Position numbers and translations under genes: made by a program
IMG/VR virus record: IMGVR_UViG_3300017963_000201
Coordinates: 1-64,000 of that record
Strand: one strand, 5' to 3'
Source of the DNA: a virus
Length of the DNA: 64,000 bases
Part shown: positions 38,729 to 46,840 of the stretch, piece after piece
Layout of the letters: each line of letters starts with the position of its first letter
How positions within the stretch are numbered: position 1 is the first letter of the stretch
Notes under the pieces: model-generated
What the model was told of the DNA's origin: nothing
The model's database searches: none
The model's input: only the letters and a program-made list of their open reading frames with translations

Positions 38729-38935
38729 ATGCTACACAACACTTCAATAAGGCTATCGAAGCAAGAAAAAAAATGGCTTGCTTCGTTTGGGAGACCAGTT
38801 GGGGAGCAAATCAGGATACACAATAGGCTTGTGCGAAAGTTGTATGCCCTGGCCGAAAAAAACAAGACGATTACCTTAGCAGAAGCTCTATCAATATTAG
38901 ATAGCGATCCACTTGAGGAGTCTGATGCAGAATAA
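38729..38935 (+). CDS. Small RHH-like DNA-binding protein
   Basis: TSIRLSKQEKKWL...PVGEQIR beta-alpha-alpha pattern; AGGAGG RBS. Confidence 0.55.
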   Translation: MLHNTSIRLSKQEKKWLASFGRPVGEQIRIHNRLVRKLYALAEKNKTITLAEALSILDSDPLEESDAE

Positions 38936-39899
38936 GTACGAAATTATCCGAGAGCTGTTCAAAGAATATAGCTTGCTAAACTACCCACTAGCAAGCTACG
39001 ACGAGTTTATTCAACGAATAATGCCCGAAAGGTGCTTCAAGCTACTCTACGCGGCGACTCAAAAAATGGGCTACAGCCAAGCTGATTTTGTCGCAATGCC
39101 CCAACTAATGTACACGGTTTGGGTAACTGAAAAAACAGGTCGTCCTGTTTTTGAAGTCCGTCCCGATATTATGGAAGCCTTACGGGATACGGACATTCCA
39201 GACTTTCCTTTGGAAGATCTAAAACTACCATTCGAAGGAATAATATTAAAGATCGATCAAGACACTTTTCATGGGCCTGCAGCTAACACGGGAGTTTTGT
39301 ACGTAACCCAAGTAGACTCTGATCGCTTTCGTGTCGTCTTTGATATTAACGACGAAGATACACATTTTATGAACCTTACCACAGATGGGTGCCATACTCT
39401 TAAACAATCAATTGAGAAATCGACACAGGCCACAAAAGAGATCCCCGAGCATATTCTTAAGCAATACGAAGAGTCACGAATCTACTTTGATTACTATGAC
39501 TCTGATGTTTTTCGCTTTGTAATTAATCTTGTTTTGTACATTACAAGTCCAGATAGCGATGTGAAGCAAGACAAAACCAAGATACATGCTTTACATCAAA
39601 AGTTACAAGCGACAAAAAAGAAAAACAAAAGAGAAATTATTCTAAAGCAACTTAGAAAAGCTAAAGACCACAAAAGATATATCGTAGGTGCAAATACTAA
39701 ACTTACGAAAGAGTACAAGGCATCGCTGACTGATGCCGGAAAAAAGTGGGCACTCACTCACAGATTCAAAGTACGGGGACACTTCAGAAAGCAAGCCTGT
39801 GGTAAAGGTTATCAAGACCACAAGCGCATTTGGGTTTCTCCGTATTGGAAAGGTCCTACCTACGCAGAAATGCTAGGTATGAATTACGTGGTAACATGA
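38925..39899 (+). CDS. Conserved-type phage hypothetical protein (VRGHFR.Q.CG motif)
   Basis: C-terminal KVRGHFRKQACG...RIWVSPYWKG. Confidence 0.65.
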   Translation: MQNKYEIIRELFKEYSLLNYPLASYDEFIQRIMPERCFKLLYAATQKMGYSQADFVAMPQLMYTVWVTEKTGRPVFEVRPDIMEALRDTDIPDFPLEDLKLPFEGIILKIDQDTFHGPAANTGVLYVTQVDSDRFRVVFDINDEDTHFMNLTTDGCHTLKQSIEKSTQATKEIPEHILKQYEESRIYFDYYDSDVFRFVINLVLYITSPDSDVKQDKTKIHALHQKLQATKKKNKREIILKQLRKAKDHKRYIVGANTKLTKEYKASLTDAGKKWALTHRFKVRGHFRKQACGKGYQDHKRIWVSPYWKGPTYAEMLGMNYVVT

Positions 39900-40219
39900 C
39901 AGATAGAAAAAAAGGCATCGAAAATATTTTAATCTTCCTAACAAACAGCGTACCTAAAAAGTATAAAAAGTATATCGGGATTAGCATAGAACCCGCACAG
40001 TTAATAACGGATATTATAACTATTGGATCCGAGTTTGCCATACAAATGATCTATGTTTTGCATCGTATGAGTGCTTCTAATACTGCAGCATCCCAAGAGT
40101 TTTTCAATATGCTAATCGTAAAATTAATCTATCGAGCAAACGAAGAAGGTTTTCTAGCAGAAAAACTAAAAAAACAGCTAGAAGGTTGGATCATACCCGA
40201 AAACGCTTTACTTAACTAG
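39896..40219 (+). CDS. Hypothetical protein
   Basis: ATGA-coupled to the upstream gene. Confidence 0.55.
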   Translation: MTDRKKGIENILIFLTNSVPKKYKKYIGISIEPAQLITDIITIGSEFAIQMIYVLHRMSASNTAASQEFFNMLIVKLIYRANEEGFLAEKLKKQLEGWIIPENALLN

Positions 40220-40238
40220 GAATCAAATAGGAATCAAA

Positions 40239-42113
40239 ATGGATATCGAAAAATTAGCTAAGAAACTAAAGAAAGCCCAAGACGCTTATTACAATAAGTC
40301 ACCGATACTAACCGATTCTGAATACGACAGACTTTATCTGACTTTGAAAGAATGGGATCCAAATCATCCCGTCCTAAAGAACGTAGGGGCTCCACCAAGT
40401 AACCATTTAAAAAAAGTCAAACACACTATCCCAATGGGTAGCCTGAATAACGTATTTACCACGGAGGAGTTTCTATCTTGGGCAAGAAAAACCAAAGCCG
40501 AGTTTTTTGTCATCCAGGAAAAACTAGATGGGATTTCTATCGAGTTAGAATATAAAAATGGGTGTCTCTTGCAAGCATCTACTCGTGGTGATGGTCGGGT
40601 AGGCGAAGACATTACGTTTAATGTCCGGAAAATGAAAAACGTTGTGCATCGGTTCAAAAAACCGTTCACGGGTACTTTACGCGGAGAAATTATTTGTCGC
40701 AATTACGAATTCAATGAATACTTAGCAGAGAATTATGCTAATCCTCGCAATGCAGCATCCGGTATCTCAAGAAGAAAAGATGGTTGGTATTCAGAACATC
40801 TTACCATTCTTTATTTTGATGTCTTCTCAGAGTTAGTACCACCCGTTAAAGAATCCCAAAAATTGTATTTTATCGAAGATACTCTAAATCTTTCTACAGT
40901 ACCTTCTAAAATAGTCCGGATAGACAATGCGGTCGAGTGGTATAATTGGTATTTAGATACTGGAAGAGCGGGCCTCAATTATATGATCGATGGCCTAGTT
41001 ATCAAAGTTAATAGACTGTCCATCCAAGAAAGTTTAGGTACAGTAAATAATCGACCAAAAGGTCAGATAGCTTGGAAGTTCCCTGCAGCGGTAAAGACTA
41101 CGGACGTTACCGAGATTCGTTGGGAGGTAGGCAGAACGGGGCGTATAACGCCTGTGGCGCATTTAGAGCCCATAGAGGTAGGTGGGGTTACCATCTCAAA
41201 AGCAACGCTCCACAACGTATCTAACGCCATAAATCTTGGGGTAGTAGAAAAATGCACTGTGATAGTTAGTCGAGCAGGGGATGTTATTCCTCAGATAGAC
41301 AGAGTTGTCACAAAAGTGGGCGACTATGTTTTAGACGTTCCACTGCATTGTCCTGTTTGTGGTGCCAAGACTAAATTTGAAGGTGAGTTTTTGATCTGCC
41401 ATAATAATGCATGCCCAGCTCGGCATAAAGGCGACATTGACAAATGGATCGAAATTACGCAGATCGATCTGGCCGGAAAGAGCTTTATTGAAGATGTTTA
41501 TCGATCACAACTAGTAAAGGACCCATCTGATCTCTATACTTTGACAGTCCATGATCTATTAAAGATCCCGGGGTACAAAAAAACTAAGGCAAGTAAAATC
41601 TTAAAAAATATCCAGGACAAAAAAATACTCAGGTTAGAAGTGTTCATGGCAGGGCTAAATATCCCCAACGCTTCTTTATCTACGTTCCAAGAGCTTGTAG
41701 AAAATGGCTTTGACACCTTAGAAAAAATAAGAAAAGCCACGGTAAAAAAATTGTCTAGGGTACATTCCATTGGGGAAATCACAGCCGAGAGTATTGCTGT
41801 GGGTATCGAAAATAAAGATGCAATCATTGATAAGTTATTAAAGAATGGGGTTATTATAGAAGAGTGCAAACAAGGGGAGCTTAGTGGGATGTCCTTTTGT
41901 TTTACCGGATCACTTTCTGAGATGAAAAGAGGTGACGCACAAAACTTAGTCAAAGAAAAAGGTGGAATAGTAAAAAGCGGGGTATCAAAAGGGCTAACAT
42001 ACTTAGTCCAAGCTTTCCCTGATTCGCAATCAAGCAAAAGTCAAAAAGCTAAAAAATACGGAACCAAGATTATTAACGAGCATGAATTTTACAAAATAGT
42101 GGGTTTGCTGTAA
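40239..42113 (+). CDS. ligA: NAD-dependent DNA ligase
   Basis: EKLDGIS, TRGDGRVGEDIT, NPRNAA, DGLVIKV, SRAGDVIP, Zn finger, BRCT FCFTGSL. Confidence 0.97.
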   Translation: MDIEKLAKKLKKAQDAYYNKSPILTDSEYDRLYLTLKEWDPNHPVLKNVGAPPSNHLKKVKHTIPMGSLNNVFTTEEFLSWARKTKAEFFVIQEKLDGISIELEYKNGCLLQASTRGDGRVGEDITFNVRKMKNVVHRFKKPFTGTLRGEIICRNYEFNEYLAENYANPRNAASGISRRKDGWYSEHLTILYFDVFSELVPPVKESQKLYFIEDTLNLSTVPSKIVRIDNAVEWYNWYLDTGRAGLNYMIDGLVIKVNRLSIQESLGTVNNRPKGQIAWKFPAAVKTTDVTEIRWEVGRTGRITPVAHLEPIEVGGVTISKATLHNVSNAINLGVVEKCTVIVSRAGDVIPQIDRVVTKVGDYVLDVPLHCPVCGAKTKFEGEFLICHNNACPARHKGDIDKWIEITQIDLAGKSFIEDVYRSQLVKDPSDLYTLTVHDLLKIPGYKKTKASKILKNIQDKKILRLEVFMAGLNIPNASLSTFQELVENGFDTLEKIRKATVKKLSRVHSIGEITAESIAVGIENKDAIIDKLLKNGVIIEECKQGELSGMSFCFTGSLSEMKRGDAQNLVKEKGGIVKSGVSKGLTYLVQAFPDSQSSKSQKAKKYGTKIINEHEFYKIVGLL

Positions 42114-42186
42114 ATTCGTTTTGCTATTTTTTCAAGTTAATATAGATACATAGTAACAAACTGAAAACTAATTTTGGAGAAATCTC

Positions 42187-42474
42187 GTGGAAGTATTCGT
42201 TTCGTACCAAAAAAATATAATTGAAGATTCCATCTTATTTACTGAGATCCAAGATAAGTTTGCTTATAGAGTTAAAAAGATAGTACAAAAGCACTTCCCC
42301 GATACTGATAAATGTTGGGCGGTTTGGTATCAGTTCCCCAAAAATGTACCAGGACCATGTGTAATAATTTTTGATTCTCCCTTTGATCCCATAAATGTTA
42401 AACTTATTGAAGAAGAAATTGCGTCTTTAGTATTGGGTGTTGCTAAAGAAATCGAAATAGAGTATGGGCGGTAG
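42187..42474 (+). CDS. Hypothetical protein
   Basis: GGAG RBS, GTG start. Confidence 0.6.
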   Translation: MEVFVSYQKNIIEDSILFTEIQDKFAYRVKKIVQKHFPDTDKCWAVWYQFPKNVPGPCVIIFDSPFDPINVKLIEEEIASLVLGVAKEIEIEYGR

Positions 42475-42949
42475 GAAGTATTACAGAGTCCCAATTTGTG
42501 CCCAAGGTATATTGACCAGAGACAATTATGTCTTTTGGCTAAGACGAGAGAGCCGCGCAATTTATCAACGTTTTGGGATATACTCGCAAGTAAAACCCCA
42601 ACCTACTTGCAAAGAAATCGTAGAACAGATAAATACCTTAGCGCACTTAAAAGGTTATCGTTGTTATTATACAAACGTATTATTGGATTGGTCACTGTTA
42701 CTATACAGCGAACGTTTGCCAAAAAGAAATAGAAGAAATCCGCTATTAAGTAAATTCGATAAAATGCCTGCCGTAGACATTGCATTACAACCTACAGGGA
42801 AGTACAATCTTCGTATATGTTCTTGGTTAGTTGCTGAAATGAAATATAATGTTTTGGAACCAGAATTCATCGATATATGTTCTGCTATTTCCTTGAATAT
42901 GAAATTACCACGTTGGGAGGGAAAAAATGGAAAAATATCTTCTACCTAA
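42464..42949 (+). CDS. HNH-like protein, paralog 1
   Basis: CYYTN..LDWSL, KFDKMPAVD, ICSW. Confidence 0.5.
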   Translation: MGGRKYYRVPICAQGILTRDNYVFWLRRESRAIYQRFGIYSQVKPQPTCKEIVEQINTLAHLKGYRCYYTNVLLDWSLLLYSERLPKRNRRNPLLSKFDKMPAVDIALQPTGKYNLRICSWLVAEMKYNVLEPEFIDICSAISLNMKLPRWEGKNGKISST

Positions 42950-43367
42950 ATTTTTAAAAAACATATTATCCCCTAAAGATTATCGAAAGTGGCTTGAAAA
43001 TCGCGCTAATGCGTTACACAGAAGAGATAAAGCAAACAATAAGGCAATAGGACCCAGATCAAAGTATAAAGAATTAATTAATAAAGCAGTATGTCGAGAT
43101 ACCAATGTTTGTCATCATACGGGTTGGATTATGGATTGGTCTTTAATTAATCTTTTGGATGACAAAGAAGCTCAAGCTAAAAGAAATGGATACAAAAGAA
43201 AGTTCGATATGCTTCCGACCGTGGATCATGAATGGAACGGAAAAAACTACGATTTTAGTATTTGCTGTTGGATAATCCACGATATTAAAAACAACCTCTC
43301 AATGCCAGAACTGATTGATGTTTGTGGTGCGGTAGTGCGGCATTACACACCCAACCAACAAACTTAA
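42927..43367 (+). CDS. HNH-like protein, paralog 2
   Basis: CHHTG..MDWSL, KFDMLPTVDH, ICCW...KNNL. Confidence 0.55.
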   Translation: MEKYLLPKFLKNILSPKDYRKWLENRANALHRRDKANNKAIGPRSKYKELINKAVCRDTNVCHHTGWIMDWSLINLLDDKEAQAKRNGYKRKFDMLPTVDHEWNGKNYDFSICCWIIHDIKNNLSMPELIDVCGAVVRHYTPNQQT

Positions 43368-43409
43368 TCCCTTTATTTTTACCAACATACGCAAATTCAA
43401 AAATTTTTG

Positions 43410-43438
43410 TTGACTTTTTACTTTTTCTTATTTACGGT
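43410..43438 (+). promoter_or_regulatory. Possible sigma70 promoter
   Basis: TTGACT-17 nt-TACGGT upstream of an AAGGAG RBS. Confidence 0.45.
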
Positions 43439-43467
43439 CACTCCGAATATTTAATAAGGAGATAACC

Positions 43468-44052
43468 ATGCGTATTGTCATCCCAGAAGAGAAAAATTAT
43501 ATTAAGCGTCTCAGGGAAAACTCAGTTAGAGGGGAATTAGAATTTGAAAACTTGTGTAAAATCTACGAAGAAATTTACGATCATAAGTATTGGGCATATT
43601 GGAATTATCCTAGTTTTAGAAGTTTCTGCATGGCAACCAATAAAGATTACGGTCTATACTCCTTTGGTATGGTCCGATTATATCTTCGTTGTGCTAAATT
43701 ATTGCCTGCCTATTACTTTCGGATTTATTCTAGAGGGCAATGCCTAGCCATTGCGCATGGAGCAACCGAAGATATTCGAGATGCTATTTCACAAGCCACA
43801 GATCAATTGCGGGTAAAAGATCTAACCCGCCTTGCCCTAAATCTAAATAAAGAGTATAAGAATGGAAATAAAAAATCGGAATTACCGCTTCGAATCCCAA
43901 GTCAGGGGGAATTCGAAGTTAATCTATTGACCAAAAAACCTAGATCATATCAAGGTTATTTATCATTAAATAATCAAAACTATATCGATATTACGTTCAA
44001 TCCACGAGCTAAAAAAGCATTTTATATAATACGTAGCTGTAATATTGATTAG
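43468..44052 (+). CDS. Hypothetical protein
   Basis: AAGGAG RBS, own promoter. Confidence 0.65.
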   Translation: MRIVIPEEKNYIKRLRENSVRGELEFENLCKIYEEIYDHKYWAYWNYPSFRSFCMATNKDYGLYSFGMVRLYLRCAKLLPAYYFRIYSRGQCLAIAHGATEDIRDAISQATDQLRVKDLTRLALNLNKEYKNGNKKSELPLRIPSQGEFEVNLLTKKPRSYQGYLSLNNQNYIDITFNPRAKKAFYIIRSCNID

Positions 44053-44100
44053 TAATTTCAATAATCTGTAAATTAAATTAATGCTAAGTTAATTTAGTGC

Positions 44101-44130
44101 TTGACTTAAAAACGTAATCTGTATTACAAT
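44101..44130 (+). promoter_or_regulatory. sigma70 promoter
   Basis: TTGACT-18 nt-TACAAT. Confidence 0.6.
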
Positions 44131-44172
44131 CGTGATAATTTCGTAATACTAAACTTTTGGAGGGACTGTACA

Positions 44173-44514
44173 ATGGCAAATACCAAAAAAGAAAAAACCA
44201 CAAAGAAGACGAAAAAAACCCCAACGGGAAAAAGGGGGAAACACTACACCCCCGCACAAAAACAAAAGATCCTTGCAAGGTATAGGGATCTGAGGACGCA
44301 CGGCGTTAAAGCCGTGGAAGCTGCCAAAAAAGTTGGCGTCTCGTATCTTACGATTCAAAAATGGGGAGCTAACGGGCTAGAAAAGGTGCGGACCAAGCCC
44401 CGCACAAATTTAAAACCAGACCCCTTTGAGGGAATCACGTTGAAAACCCCGGGAGGGTTTGTCATTGAAAACCTATCCCGACAAGATTTAATTGCGGTCC
44501 TTCAAGCTCTTTAA
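44173..44514 (+). CDS. HTH protein resembling IS66 accessory TnpA
   Basis: YTPAQKQKIL...AAKKVGVSYLTIQKW HTH plus C-terminal LKTPGGFVIENLS..DLIAVLQAL; GGAGG RBS. Confidence 0.6.
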   Translation: MANTKKEKTTKKTKKTPTGKRGKHYTPAQKQKILARYRDLRTHGVKAVEAAKKVGVSYLTIQKWGANGLEKVRTKPRTNLKPDPFEGITLKTPGGFVIENLSRQDLIAVLQAL

Positions 44515-44570
44515 TTTTTGTGTCAGATCCAACCGGGAAGAACGTCTTAAGAGGAAAAGGAGGGATTGAT

Positions 44571-44861
44571 ATGTTAGACAAAAACGACGTAGGTTTCGGA
44601 CGGCGGGCCATTCGGATGGCCGTAAAGATGGACCCCGATGGTGGCCCCCACGGGTTGGGCGTAAACCTGGGAGTGCCCCCTGAGGACAATTGGGGGTGGA
44701 GATGGTGGCTCCATCCGTCCGGGAGGGTGGTCCGAGTACGTCAGGGAGGGGATCTAGATCAGATCCCAGAAGACGTTGGTGAGATCACCTTGGACCTCCA
44801 GGGTGCGATTTTCCTGGCCCGGATGATCACGGGCGACTGGGGGGAGGATTACAATTTCTGA
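44571..44861 (+). CDS. Hypothetical protein (GC-rich)
   Basis: AGGAGG RBS before ATG 44571. Confidence 0.6.
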   Translation: MLDKNDVGFGRRAIRMAVKMDPDGGPHGLGVNLGVPPEDNWGWRWWLHPSGRVVRVRQGGDLDQIPEDVGEITLDLQGAIFLARMITGDWGEDYNF

Positions 44862-44885
44862 CCCTCTCCCCTCCCCCCTCCCCCC
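44862..44885 (-). repeat. C-rich tract (G-tracts on - strand, G-quadruplex-capable)
   Basis: + strand ccctctcccctcccccctcccccc. Confidence 0.6.
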
Positions 44886-44995
44886 GGAAAAAAGTTCCTA
44901 AACTTTTTTCCAATCCCGCAACTTATTCATACCATTTTCCCCTCAAAAAAACGACCAACATCAAATAAAATGAACACTTATGTGTAATACATCTG

Positions 44996-45011
44996 TGGTA
45001 CACATTTTGCA
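44996..45011 (+). promoter_or_regulatory. sigma54-type -24/-12 promoter
   Basis: TGGTACACATTTTGCA = GG-N10-GC, directly upstream of a run of small genes. Confidence 0.5.
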
Positions 45012-45027
45012 TAAGTTAATGATCGGT

Positions 45028-45534
45028 ATGCGTGATTCACTTAAAAAGGGGCTCAAAGGGGTAGCAGAAGTCACCAGGATTTCTGTCTCCCGATGGGGCT
45101 CAGAGTACTACCAGATCCGCTATCTAAAAGGCCCACGGAAGGGCCAGTCCTACCGCGTAAGGATTTCCAACCACAATACCACGGGAAGTTACCAGGGCCA
45201 ACAACAAGGCGTGTCTGGAGACTTCCGGACTGTGCCAGAAGCCGTAGAAGATCTTCTGCAGTGGAACACCGCAGAAGATATCGCTGACCAAGCCCAAGAA
45301 CTCAAAAAAGCACAGGAACAAAAGGATAGGTCAGAAGACCTAAATCGCAAAGCCGCTGAGATTCGACAATTAGTTTTTCGCGGCCTGGTTGACCGTGGGT
45401 ATTCAAAGCGGAAAGCGAAAAAAATTGTCGCTGACGCTACAGTTACGAAACAGGCTGCGGTAGCAGCCAAAGAGGGCATAAGTTTTGAAGTGGCTTCCGA
45501 AAAAATTTTGGAGGAAATATTCAATGTCAGCTAA
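45028..45534 (+). CDS. Hypothetical protein
   Basis: S.WGSEYY...VRISNH motif followed by coiled coil; start uncertain. Confidence 0.6.
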   Translation: MRDSLKKGLKGVAEVTRISVSRWGSEYYQIRYLKGPRKGQSYRVRISNHNTTGSYQGQQQGVSGDFRTVPEAVEDLLQWNTAEDIADQAQELKKAQEQKDRSEDLNRKAAEIRQLVFRGLVDRGYSKRKAKKIVADATVTKQAAVAAKEGISFEVASEKILEEIFNVS

Positions 45535-45700
45535 AATATACTACAACACCGAATTATGCGAAAAATGCGGGAGTTCTATTTGCTTGCTGCCGAGCGAGCG
45601 AGAGAACCCCCCTCTTCTATGCAAGCACTGCGAACTCGAAGAGAGAACCACGAGATCTTTCAAAGCCGTCGCAAGAGACGGCGGTATACTTTTTGATTAA
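45524..45700 (+). CDS. Small zinc-ribbon protein
   Basis: CEKCG...CKHC; GGAGG RBS. Confidence 0.6.
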   Translation: MSAKIYYNTELCEKCGSSICLLPSERENPPLLCKHCELEERTTRSFKAVARDGGILFD

Positions 45701-45715
45701 AAGGAGAAAAAAAAA

Positions 45716-45931
45716 ATGAAAAGCTGGAAAATTTACAACAGGACCACTGGTATTGAGCTTGGTATCTACCGGGCTCATACAGAAGAAGGGGCGCTTGATG
45801 CCCTAGCCAGGGATGCCGGATACGTAAGCCACGCCCTTGCGGTCGGCGAGATCCTTGGTACCAATGACGATATGGTCGTAGAAGAAGCCAAAAAAGACGA
45901 GGATAACTTTTCAAGGGGAGAAAAATCATGA
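45716..45931 (+). CDS. Small hypothetical phage protein
   Basis: AAGGAG RBS; LGIYRAHTEEGALDALARDAGY. Confidence 0.65.
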   Translation: MKSWKIYNRTTGIELGIYRAHTEEGALDALARDAGYVSHALAVGEILGTNDDMVVEEAKKDEDNFSRGEKS

Positions 45932-46164
45932 TTGCATATTGTGGGCTGCTTGGATCGGTCCATCACCGATGGGTCAGAGTTGGTCGCTCGAAAAAAGAGG
46001 CATGGGCCGAAGCCGAAAGGCTTTGGCGCGAGGAACAGGACACACACCCGGCATGGGTCGGAAACTACGGGGTGATGACCGAGCGGGAAGCGGAAAAACA
46101 ACGCTATCGGGACGGGACGAAAATTTATCCGACCCGCGATAGCCAGGGATATAATCCCTACTAA
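45928..46164 (+). CDS. Small hypothetical protein
   Basis: GGAG RBS, ATGA coupling. Confidence 0.6.
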   Translation: MIAYCGLLGSVHHRWVRVGRSKKEAWAEAERLWREEQDTHPAWVGNYGVMTEREAEKQRYRDGTKIYPTRDSQGYNPY

Positions 46165-46177
46165 AAAGGAGAAAAAA

Positions 46178-46840
46178 ATGAAGACCTCATTTCTATTTAT
46201 TTTAATTTTCGTTGTGGGTTGTGGGGGTAGCGATACGATCCCTCCGGGATTTTCGCCGGATCAAATTAAAACATTCTGTGAAACAAGCGAGGATTGTTCC
46301 ACAAAGGAAGAATGCGTTTCGGGTGCCTGTGTATCTGATCAGCATGTGATGGAATGTTATGCCGATCAAGATTGCGAAAAGCAAAACAAATGCATTTCTA
46401 ATGTTTGCGTTTTTCAACCGGAATGTTTAGAAACAGAGAATTGTGACGATCCTCGCATGGAATGTATTTTGGGTCGGTGCGTGGATTATATTGAGCTGGA
46501 TGCCTGCACCGAAAAAGAATGCTCAGATTCCTGTGCTGAATGCGGTCCCTATACCTTATGTAATGAAAAAAACATCTGCGAGGATGCTTGCGTCTATCGG
46601 GAGCGCATAGAGTTAATTGCGATGAAAATGGCTTGTGCTGATTTTACCGGGTGTGTCTTCTGTGATTGTTGGTCTATCGGACTAAAATACGATGGTGGGA
46701 TTCATGGGTGTGGGGATCCGTTCACAATGGGTTGCAATTTTAATAATACCTATGCAGACGATTTAAGGAAAATTAAAGATTGGGAAGGGGTATTGTCTGA
46801 TAACATACAAGAGCATGCCGAATCAATGTGTGACTTATAA
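46178..46840 (+). CDS. Cysteine-rich lipoprotein
   Basis: Signal peptide with lipobox VVGC; repeated C-x5-C-x5/6-C-x4-C units. Confidence 0.75.
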   Translation: MKTSFLFILIFVVGCGGSDTIPPGFSPDQIKTFCETSEDCSTKEECVSGACVSDQHVMECYADQDCEKQNKCISNVCVFQPECLETENCDDPRMECILGRCVDYIELDACTEKECSDSCAECGPYTLCNEKNICEDACVYRERIELIAMKMACADFTGCVFCDCWSIGLKYDGGIHGCGDPFTMGCNFNNTYADDLRKIKDWEGVLSDNIQEHAESMCDL

